DNA of 64,000 bases. It comes from Bradymonadales bacterium. GTDB lineage: Bacteria > Myxococcota_A > Bradymonadia > JAFGEP01. The stretch is taken from positions 917 through 64,916 of the forward strand of contig JAFGEP010000157.1 of NCBI GenBank assembly GCA_016931535.1, read 5' to 3'. The notes under the pieces are model-generated. The model made no database searches. It was given only the letters and a program-made list of their open reading frames with translations, and was not told the origin of the DNA. Shown here in pieces: positions 1-7,589 of the stretch (positions are counted from its first letter, which is position 1; the number at the start of each line of letters is the position of its first letter). Position numbers and translations under genes: made by a program.

Positions 1-737
1 AGAGGCGAAGCGAAGTGGAAGGCCATCGGGTGGCTGATCCACGATCTCCAGCAAGGCGATGGAGGGTGTGGGGGCGGATCGGTCGCTGGTGAGGGCGCTC
101 TCCAGCAGGTTGACCCCCTCGAGGAGCCGGGGATGCAATGCGCGGCATCCAAAAACCGAGACCAACGAGTGGCTCGATCGGCGGTAGAATCCCAGCCGTC
201 CACCCTGTCCATGGAACTTGGCTCTGACACGCTGACCGTCGAGCCTGGTTGCCGTATGAATTCGTGGCCGAGGCCAGCGCACATCGGCTGCCAGCCGCTC
301 CATGCTGGAAAGGGCCGCCTCGAGCTTGAGCTGCAGGGAAACCTCGTCGTTCACGTGGCGGAAGCCGCAACCTCCGCAGCCCTCTGCGAACTCGTGGAGG
401 CAGTCCAGGGGGCGGCGCAGCGGCGACTGCTGCAGGATAGCCGCACAGCGGGCTCGAAGAAAACGGCCGCTACTCCGGGAAGGTTCGACCAGGACAGTCT
501 CCGCGGGTAGCGTGCCCGGGACGAACACCACCATCCCCTCCAGGTGGCCGAGGCCATCTCCACCGAAAGCCAACCGTTCGATCTGGATCGGGACCAGATC
601 GGTTCGTGCCAGCGGGTCGGAAGGTGCATGGGGAAAAGTTGGCTCCCTGTCCCCTGCCGGCTTGTGCTCCTTGCTGCTTCTGGTCTGGGCGACGGTGCAT
701 TTGGTTTGGCTCATGTGGTTATTGTGATGTAGCATCC

Positions 738-1409
738 ATGCTCGAACAAGTACCTGAGCAACTGGAGATCCCTGCGGATCGGGGTTGGCGATCTGGGAGG
801 AGGCTTGTGGAAAAGAAAGAAAAGAGCGGACCGATCGTCCTGCAGCAAGGGGATGCCCTGGTTGTGGTGGATGTGCAGCACGATTTTCTACCCGGCGGAG
901 CCCTGGCGGTTCCCCATGGCGACGAGGTGATCGAGCCGTTGAACCGATACATCGCCCGGTTCGAGGAGAGGGGGCTGCCCATCTTTGCCACCCGGGACTG
1001 GCATCCCGCCCGGCACTGCTCCTTCGCCGAGCAAGGCGGGCCCTGGCCGCCTCATTGCGTGAAAGATAGCTGGGGTGCCGAGTTCTCCGCCTGGCTGCAG
1101 CTGCCGTCGTCGGTAACGATCATCTCCAAAGCCGACAGGGAGGAGCAGGATGCCTACTCCGGGTTCGAGGGGACCGATCTGCATCGGCGCCTGGGAGAGC
1201 TGGGCGTTAAGCGTCTGTTCGTGGGAGGGCTGGCGACCGACTACTGTGTGTTGAACGGAGTTCAGGACGCGCTGCGGCTGGGGTACACCACCTTTCTGTT
1301 GGTGGATGCGGTGCGGGCCGTGGACGTGAATCCCGGAGACGGGGTGCGCGCCCTGGCGGCGATGGAAGAAGCGGGAGCGGTATTGATCCGACTGGAGATG
1401 TTGGCGTGA
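738..1409 (+). CDS. pncA: Nicotinamidase / isochorismatase-family hydrolase
   Basis: VVVDVQHDF motif, DWHP..HCSF metal-binding stretch and ATDYCV catalytic-Cys motif, all typical of PncA/isochorismatase hydrolases. The ORF is 606..1409. I placed the start at the internal ATG at 738 because the upstream part is Cys/Trp-rich and looks non-coding. Confidence 0.65.
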   Translation: MLEQVPEQLEIPADRGWRSGRRLVEKKEKSGPIVLQQGDALVVVDVQHDFLPGGALAVPHGDEVIEPLNRYIARFEERGLPIFATRDWHPARHCSFAEQGGPWPPHCVKDSWGAEFSAWLQLPSSVTIISKADREEQDAYSGFEGTDLHRRLGELGVKRLFVGGLATDYCVLNGVQDALRLGYTTFLLVDAVRAVDVNPGDGVRALAAMEEAGAVLIRLEMLA

Positions 1410-1414
1410 AGAAC

Positions 1415-2131
1415 ATGACAGTGCGATGGGTCGGGGCGTTGGCGGCTTTGGTACTGGTCTCGGGCGGAGGTGTGGGTGCGGCCCGTGCCGAGGGGGAGCT
1501 ATTCACGGTGAACCTGGGGCTCAAGATCGGGCCGAACGCCAATATGCTCAGCGAGCCTTCGGAGGAGTGGATCGACCTGCCGGTCCCCGGGTTTTTCGGG
1601 ATCTCGTGGGGCCTGGGATTGGCAGCAGAGGCGCTGGTTCGGGACCTGGTGGGGTTGGAGCTGGACCTGTTGTTCGCCTGGACCTCGGGCACGGGGGACA
1701 TCACCTTCTACCGCGTGGTGGAGGTAGAGCAAGAGCTGAGCAGCCAGGAGATCCAGATCGCGTTGCTGGCCAAGGTGCAGTCTCCACACTCGATGGTCCG
1801 ACCTTTCCTGTCGCTGGGGCCCACCTTCGTCATCCAGCTCGACAGCGAGTACAGCATCGACAAGACCTACCTGGCGAACCCTCCCGATACCGCCATCGAG
1901 ACCGAGTCCTACGTGATGTTGACCGTGGGGCTGGGGGTCACCCTGAGCTTCGCTTCTTTCCAGATACCGCTGGAGGTGAGGGGGTCCTACCATCCGCTGG
2001 ACGACGATCCGACCGAACGGGTCGACTGGAGGCCGGAGATGGGGGGTGAGCTGACCCATCTGGGGGTTCGGTCGAACTGGGAGGGGCAGGTCTGGATCCT
2101 GACCGGTTTTCAGTACTCGCTTTCCCTATGA
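1415..2131 (+). CDS. Hypothetical secreted / outer-membrane protein
   Basis: N-terminal signal peptide (ALAALVLVSGGGVGAARAEGE), beta-rich alternating pattern, aromatic C-terminus. A GTG at 1406 overlaps the pncA stop and is an alternative start. Confidence 0.5.
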   Translation: MTVRWVGALAALVLVSGGGVGAARAEGELFTVNLGLKIGPNANMLSEPSEEWIDLPVPGFFGISWGLGLAAEALVRDLVGLELDLLFAWTSGTGDITFYRVVEVEQELSSQEIQIALLAKVQSPHSMVRPFLSLGPTFVIQLDSEYSIDKTYLANPPDTAIETESYVMLTVGLGVTLSFASFQIPLEVRGSYHPLDDDPTERVDWRPEMGGELTHLGVRSNWEGQVWILTGFQYSLSL

Positions 2132-2302
2132 GAGGGGCCCAAGGGGGGCGTTTCCGAAGGGACAGAGCGGAACACTGCCGGCCGAACGCCCAACGCGGTC
2201 ACGCTCTCCACAGTACCTGGGGGTAACTCAGTCAGTGAATTGGTGGCAACGATCGGCCCTCTTCGCCGACAACCGACTGTCACGGTTGGGAGGAGAAGGG
2301 AG

Positions 2303-3859
2303 ATGGTCGGATGTATCAGTACCGCTGCGGTAGTGGGAATCGAGGGGTACCAGGTGCGGGTGGAGGTGGATATCGCCCGAGGCTTGAAGGACTGCTTTCT
2401 GGTGGGTCTTCCGGATGGGGCGGTGCGGGAGTCGATCAAGCGGGTTTACTCGGCGATTCGGAACGCCGGGTACACCTGGCCTCGCGGGAGGATCACGGTG
2501 AACCTGTCCCCGGCGGGGCTCAAGAAAGATGGTACCGGTTTTGATCTGCCCATCGCCCTGGGGGTGCTGGCAGCATCCGATCAGCTGAAGGTGAGGGATC
2601 CCGATATCTTCGACAGGACGTTGTTCATCGGCGAGCTGTCCCTGGGAGGAGATGTCCTGGGGGTCCCCGGGGTTCTGCCGAGGGCCAGCCTGGCGAGAGA
2701 TCTGGGGGTCGAGGCCCTGGTGGTGCCCCGCTCGAATGCCAAGGAGGCGGCGGTGGTGGAGGAGTTGCGGGTGGTCTCCACGAGGGGGCTGTCGGAGATC
2801 GCCCAATGGTTGGCGGAAGGGTCCCTTCCGTATGAGGCCACAGCGAAGGGCACCATCGGACCCGAGGTGGAGTATCCGATCGACTTCAAAGAGGTGCGGG
2901 GGCAGCCGGTGGCGAAGCGGGCGCTGGAGATCGCGGCGGCGGGGAGCCACAATGTGTTGATGATCGGACCGCCAGGCACCGGCAAGACCATGCTGGCCAG
3001 GCGGTTGGTCACCATTCTGCCGACCATGAGCTTCGAGGAGGCGCTGGAGACCACCAAGATCTACTCGGTAGCGGGCGCGCTGGTCTCGGGGAGCTCGTTG
3101 ATCACGAGGCGTCCATTCTGTGCGCCACATTTTACGATCTCGGCGATCGGCCTGGCGGGAGGAGGGTGTGGCATCCCCAAGCCGGGGCAGATCTCGTTGG
3201 CCCACAACGGGGTCCTTTTTCTGGACGAGCTGCCGGAGTTTGCACCCCATGTGCTGGAGGTGATGCGAGGGCCGCTGGAAGATCGGCAGGTGACGCTGAC
3301 GCGAGGGATGATGACGATCACCTTTCCGGCCTCCATCATGCTGGTGGCCTCGATGAACCCCTGTCCATGCGGTTACTTCGGTTCTCGGGTGAGGCCGTGC
3401 CAGTGCTCGCTGGTCCAGGTGCAAAAGTACCGCAAGCGGATTTCAGGCCCTCTGCTCGACCGCATCGATCTGCATACCACGGTGGCCAACGTGGCCTGCG
3501 CCGATCTGTTGGCGGAGGTGGAGGAGGAGTCGAGCCGTTCCATTCGACAGCGGGTGGAAGCGGCCCGCGAGCGTCAGCGGGGGCGGTTCCACGGGGCCGG
3601 CATTCACTCCAACGGCCAGATGGAGAACCTCCATCTGAAGCGGTACTGCCAGCTGGCGGCCGATGGCAAGCGTCTGATACAGCGAGCCATGGAGATGCTC
3701 CACATGTCGGCCCGAAGCTACAGCCGTATCCTGAAGGTATCCCGGACCATCGCCGATCTGGAGGGGGAGGAGCGGATCAGGGAGCCACATGTGGCTGAGG
3801 CGATCGCCTTTCGTCAACTGGATCAAGGGATGGGGGACAGCCCAGGGACGGTCTGTTGA
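2303..3859 (+). CDS. comM: YifB/ComM-family Mg-chelatase-like AAA+ ATPase
   Basis: Lon-like N-terminal domain (VEVDIARGLKDCFLVGLPD, GFDLPIALGVLAAS), Walker A (GPPGTGKT), and a C-terminal Mg-chelatase ChlI-like region. GGAGAAGGGA RBS precedes the ATG at 2303. Confidence 0.85.
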   Translation: MVGCISTAAVVGIEGYQVRVEVDIARGLKDCFLVGLPDGAVRESIKRVYSAIRNAGYTWPRGRITVNLSPAGLKKDGTGFDLPIALGVLAASDQLKVRDPDIFDRTLFIGELSLGGDVLGVPGVLPRASLARDLGVEALVVPRSNAKEAAVVEELRVVSTRGLSEIAQWLAEGSLPYEATAKGTIGPEVEYPIDFKEVRGQPVAKRALEIAAAGSHNVLMIGPPGTGKTMLARRLVTILPTMSFEEALETTKIYSVAGALVSGSSLITRRPFCAPHFTISAIGLAGGGCGIPKPGQISLAHNGVLFLDELPEFAPHVLEVMRGPLEDRQVTLTRGMMTITFPASIMLVASMNPCPCGYFGSRVRPCQCSLVQVQKYRKRISGPLLDRIDLHTTVANVACADLLAEVEEESSRSIRQRVEAARERQRGRFHGAGIHSNGQMENLHLKRYCQLAADGKRLIQRAMEMLHMSARSYSRILKVSRTIADLEGEERIREPHVAEAIAFRQLDQGMGDSPGTVC

Positions 3860-3866
3860 CGGAGGC

Positions 3867-4085
3867 CAGGATCGCCCCCTCCGGCGGCTGCGCGGGCAGC
3901 GCTCGGCCAGAGACTAGGATCGCCCCCTCCGCCGCTCCGCGGCACCTCCCCCGGGCTCCGCCTCGGGGGAGGATCGCCCCCTCCGGCGGCTGCGCCGCCA
4001 CCTCCCCCGGTCTTCGCCTCGGGGGAGGATCGCCCCCTCCGGCGGCTGCGCCGCCACCTCCCACGGGCTCCGCCTCGGGGGAGGA
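3867..4085. repeat. Tandem array of about 4 copies of a ~56-bp GC-rich hairpin-forming REP-like element
   Basis: Unit is GGATCGCCCCCTCCGGCGGCTGCGCCGCCACCTCCCCCGG(G/T)CT(C/T)CGCCTCGGGGGA. Three near-identical copies plus one degenerate copy. Internal inverted repeats GGCGGC/GCCGCC and TCCCCCG/CGGGGGA. Lies between the convergent 3' ends of comM and the ybaK-like gene. Confidence 0.8.
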
Positions 4086-4105
4086 GTGCAGCGGAAAGAC
4101 GATGG

Positions 4106-4585
4106 TCATCGTTTGGCAGAGAAGCGGATGACCTTGGGTTCCACCAGCTGAGCAAAGGTCTGGTAGGGCATTCGGATCAGCTCGGTGTGACTGCCCGCGT
4201 TGAAGGCGATCTCCTCGTCCTCGGCAAGGGTCATGGCCACGTAGACATCCATGCCGTAGAGGTTGCCGAAGGGGGGCATGGCACCGATCTCGCATTCGGG
4301 GAAGATATCCTTGAACTCCCGTTCCGTGGCGAGCTGGACGTCAGGTTTGCCGATGGCTTCCGCAAGGAGGTCGAAATCCACCTTGTAGGAGGCGGGCAGG
4401 ACCGCCATGGCCATCTTGCCTTCGATCTTGAGGATGACCGTTTTGGCCAACTCCTTGCCGGGTATGTGGGCCGAGGCGGCGATCTCCTGAGCGGTGTAGG
4501 TGGTCGAGTGGCTGATGGTGACGTACTTGACCTGGTGGCTGTCGAGATACTCCCTGAGCTTCCTGATTGGCATGGCGCCCTCCAT
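4106..4585 (-). CDS. YbaK/ProX-type aminoacyl-tRNA deacylase-like protein
   Basis: About 159 aa. Conserved pattern matches the YbaK trans-editing domain. GAGGT RBS lies 6 nt upstream of the ATG (complement of 4583-4585). The longer ORF upstream is Pro/Ser/Cys-rich junk. Confidence 0.55.
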   Translation of the reverse strand: MEGAMPIRKLREYLDSHQVKYVTISHSTTYTAQEIAASAHIPGKELAKTVILKIEGKMAMAVLPASYKVDFDLLAEAIGKPDVQLATEREFKDIFPECEIGAMPPFGNLYGMDVYVAMTLAEDEEIAFNAGSHTELIRMPYQTFAQLVEPKVIRFSAKR

Positions 4586-4761
4586 CGTGGACCTCGGCGA
4601 GCGGAGCCCGGTGCGGCAAGAACCCGCGCGAGGTTCTGGTTGATCGCATTTGACAAAGGATTGTAACGAGGAAGTTGGGGGCTGGTAAAGAGCGCAGCCA
4701 AGAAAAAGGGAAGAGGATGGCGAAGGGCCATCCACCGGTGCGGGTTTTCCGGTGGCGAGTG

Positions 4762-5232
4762 TCAGCTCAGCGCTTTGAGCAGGTTTTCGACGTGTCCGGT
4801 GGCCCTGACGTTGTAGAACGCCTTCTCGATGGTGCCGTCCGGCGCAATGACAAAGGTGGAGCGAACGATCCCCATGGAGGTCTTACCGTACCTCTTTTTT
4901 TCCTGCCAGACGCCGAAAGCGGTTGCCAGGGAGTGGTCCGGATCGGAGAGGAGGGGGAAAGGCAGCTGATGCTTGGTCTTGAACCTGGTGTGCGAGGCGA
5001 CGGAGTCGGGGGAAACACCCAGGATCTGGAGACCGAGAGTATGGGTGAGCCGGGCGAAGTGGTCCCGGAAGTCGCAGGCCTCGGTGGTGCAGCCCGGCGT
5101 GTCGTTCTTGGGGTAGAAGTAGAGGACGGTCCGCTTCCCGGTCAGGTCGTCGGAGGCGATCTCGCGCCCATCGTCGAGGGTGGCCGCAAAGGGAGGGATC
5201 GGATCTCCTGCCTTGAGAAGGGATTGGGTCAT
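4762..5232 (-). CDS. bcp: Thiol peroxidase Bcp (peroxiredoxin, AhpC/TSA family)
   Basis: FYPKNDTPGCTTEACDFRD peroxidatic-Cys motif, a resolving-Cys region, 156 aa. Confidence 0.9.
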   Translation of the reverse strand: MTQSLLKAGDPIPPFAATLDDGREIASDDLTGKRTVLYFYPKNDTPGCTTEACDFRDHFARLTHTLGLQILGVSPDSVASHTRFKTKHQLPFPLLSDPDHSLATAFGVWQEKKRYGKTSMGIVRSTFVIAPDGTIEKAFYNVRATGHVENLLKALS

Positions 5233-5307
5233 TCGCGTCTCCGTGGTTCGAGTAGGAAGGTTGTGGGAAACGACCGCAGGATGAGAGGTCGTCAGGTCGA
5301 GTAGAGG

Positions 5308-6789
5308 TCAGGGAGGACAGCCACCGGGGTCGGCGACAGAGTAGTCGCAGATGCGGCGGCTACCCGGGCCGCCAAATTGTGCGAACTTGCAGGGAAGGCC
5401 CTCGGCATCGTAGTCGATGGTGAGGTCACCCACCTCCCAGAAGTCGTTGCCGTTCAGGTAGGCTCCCGATGCGGTCAGGACGACGCCCTCGGAGAGGAAG
5501 ATCTCGCTGCCCTGGCAAAGGATGCGGACCCGAGCGGTGGCATCGACGGGATTTCCTTGTTGCGGTGAAGGAGCGTAGGGGTCGTAGAAGTGGACGCCCA
5601 CCCGGTAGATCCCTTCCATGGGCTCACGGATGTTGACATTCTCGGGGCCGCAACCGTCCACGTCATCCAGGTCGAGACGGGGGTCGTTGAAGAGGTCGTC
5701 ATCTCCACCCCAGTGGAGTTGAGGGGGCGGGCAGGGCTGACCCTCGGTGCAGAGGCCTGCCGGAGGGGAGTCGATGAAATCCCGGCAGAAACGTTCGCGG
5801 GCGAGGTCGGTGTAGGAGCGTTGGCAGGTGGCGCAGTTATCCCAGTAGCAGTTGTCGTCGGAGTCGTAGTACGGGTAGTCTCCGGTCGGGTTGCGCCGCA
5901 GGTGCAGATCCAGGTCGGTCTTGTCGGTGGTCGGGCAGGGCCCCTCGGGTTCCTCTTCGAGGTACCAGGTGAGCTCGATGCGAAGGATGTCCTCGGTGGT
6001 GGCGGTGAAGGTCGTTTCACAGCTGTCGGTGCCGCCTTCGATGTTCTCCACCGTCAGCCGGAAGTGGTAATCGCCGGTAACGTCGGCGAAGAAGGTCAGG
6101 CTCAGTCCGGTGGTGGTGACGTCGTAGCTGTGTCCGGGAGGTGCGGAGAGCATGGACCAGATGGCCGTCGCCATGGGGATGCTGTTGGGATCGGAGTAGA
6201 TCCCGGTGAGGGTGTACCGGTTGAGGACGGGGCCGGTGAAGTCTTCGGGGCAGGTGGCGATGGGATCGGAGACGCCACAGCCTTCGTCGATCTCTCCGTT
6301 GCAGTTGTTGTCCAGCAAGTCGCCACAGTAGTCGGCGGGCTCCGGGCCGACGGCATCCTCGCAATCTCCCCAGAACTCCAGGTGGCAGGTCTGGGTGCCG
6401 GGCTGGCATGTGGTGTTGGGCACGCTGAGGTGAGAGGGGTCTCCGGGGTAGCAGTACTGGGTTCCGCCTTCGGGCGAGCAACTACAGCCCTCATCGACCT
6501 GGCCGTCGCAGTTGTCGTCGAAGCCGTTGCCACAGATCTCGCTACCGGTGGGCACACAACTGGGCCAGGCGGCGTCGGAAATCGGGTCGAGGGGGATGTC
6601 GCCGGTCAGATCGGCCTGATCCCCTGGGGTCGAGTCCTGGGGGGTATCGGGCAGAACATCGTCGGCAGGATCGTCTCCCTGGTCGCCGATCCCCCCGTCC
6701 TGATCGGTCAAGGCGTCCGCACCTGGTCCGGGGCCGGAAGGGGGCTCATTGGCGCAGGTGAGCGAGAGCATCGCGAGCAGGGCAATCAT
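5308..6789 (-). CDS. Cys-rich secreted protein (putative lipoprotein) with MopE-like metal-binding motifs
   Basis: Signal peptide MIALLAMLSLTCA. Repeated C-x-x-x-C-D-G-Q-V-D-E-G-C and NNCNGEIDEGC motifs of the MopE type. C-terminal domain (IELTWYLEE...DLDLHLRR...DNCYWDNC) is shared with the 42904..44481 product. Confidence 0.6.
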   Translation of the reverse strand: MIALLAMLSLTCANEPPSGPGPGADALTDQDGGIGDQGDDPADDVLPDTPQDSTPGDQADLTGDIPLDPISDAAWPSCVPTGSEICGNGFDDNCDGQVDEGCSCSPEGGTQYCYPGDPSHLSVPNTTCQPGTQTCHLEFWGDCEDAVGPEPADYCGDLLDNNCNGEIDEGCGVSDPIATCPEDFTGPVLNRYTLTGIYSDPNSIPMATAIWSMLSAPPGHSYDVTTTGLSLTFFADVTGDYHFRLTVENIEGGTDSCETTFTATTEDILRIELTWYLEEEPEGPCPTTDKTDLDLHLRRNPTGDYPYYDSDDNCYWDNCATCQRSYTDLARERFCRDFIDSPPAGLCTEGQPCPPPQLHWGGDDDLFNDPRLDLDDVDGCGPENVNIREPMEGIYRVGVHFYDPYAPSPQQGNPVDATARVRILCQGSEIFLSEGVVLTASGAYLNGNDFWEVGDLTIDYDAEGLPCKFAQFGGPGSRRICDYSVADPGGCPP

Positions 6790-7061
6790 GCAGTAGAAGT
6801 ATCTGGACACGGCAGTTACTCCATCTTGTGGGCACCAAGGCTGATGGAAGTGTAGCACAATCGGAAAGCGGGTCCACCTTTCTCTGGGAGCCTTGGATAC
6901 CAAGGGGGACGGCGATCCGACTTGGGTTGGGGCCGAAGGGCTGCTACACTTCGAACCGCCGGAAATTTGTCGGGTCCACCGTCCGGCACGTATACTCGCC
7001 GTATCTGTCGTCGACTATACGGCGCCAACACAGGATTTCGATGGCTAAGGAGTCGTGCTCG

Positions 7062-7550
7062 ATGACGGAGAACGTCGCGAAGTGGATGCTTCGGGGATTG
7101 GTGCTCTCGTTGGCTCTGGCCCTGCTGGCGCCGATGGCTTTTGCCAGTCACTATCGCCTGGCCTATCTCGAATTCATCGATGCGTCGGTGGTCCAGGCAC
7201 TGGAGGCGGTCGGCATCCAGACCACCGAGGATCTCCTGGCCCGCGCCGCGACCGCCGAAGATCGCCGCCGGCTGAGTGAAGAGACGGGAGTCAGCGAGCT
7301 GGAGATTCTGGTTCTGGTTCGGCTGGCCGAGCTCCTGCAGGTGGAGGGGATCGGACCCCGGACGGCACAGCTTCTGCGGGCGGCGGGGGTGGTCAGCGTG
7401 GCCGATCTGGCCAGCCGGAACCCGGAGGAGCTGGCGCTGCAGCTGTCCGCTGTCAACGCCGTCGAGCAGCTGACCGGAATCGATCCCAGTCCGGAGAACC
7501 TCACGGAGTGGATCGCGGGTGCCGGCAGCGTCCCCATCCAAGTCGAATAG
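7062..7550 (+). CDS. DUF4332-type HhH-repeat protein with signal peptide
   Basis: AAGGAG RBS lies 8 nt upstream of the ATG at 7062. Signal peptide LVLSLALALLAPMAFA. Two helix-hairpin-helix-like repeats (GIQTTEDLL..., VEGIGPRTAQLLRAAGVVSVADLA). Confidence 0.55.
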   Translation: MTENVAKWMLRGLVLSLALALLAPMAFASHYRLAYLEFIDASVVQALEAVGIQTTEDLLARAATAEDRRRLSEETGVSELEILVLVRLAELLQVEGIGPRTAQLLRAAGVVSVADLASRNPEELALQLSAVNAVEQLTGIDPSPENLTEWIAGAGSVPIQVE

Positions 7551-7589
7551 GGCGTTCTCCGTTCCAGCCGAGCACGGTGGGGGTGACCC

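Noticed and set aside
606-737. Upstream extension of the nicotinamidase ORF
   Set aside because: The segment is Cys/Trp/Pro-rich (CPLPACAPCCFWSGRRCIWFGSCGYC) and unlike the rest of the protein. The catalytic-domain alignment begins after the internal Met.
3867-4085. Possible CRISPR array
   Set aside because: The units abut one another with no unique spacers, the repeat recurs singly at 11539..11600, and there are no cas genes. It is a REP-like repeat, not CRISPR.
3856-4131. 91-aa ORF (MTEARIAPSGGCAGS...) spanning the repeat array
   Set aside because: The reading frame is generated by the tandem REP-like units (repeated RIAPSGGCA peptide). It lies in the convergent intergenic gap and the composition is Pro/Gly/Ala junk.
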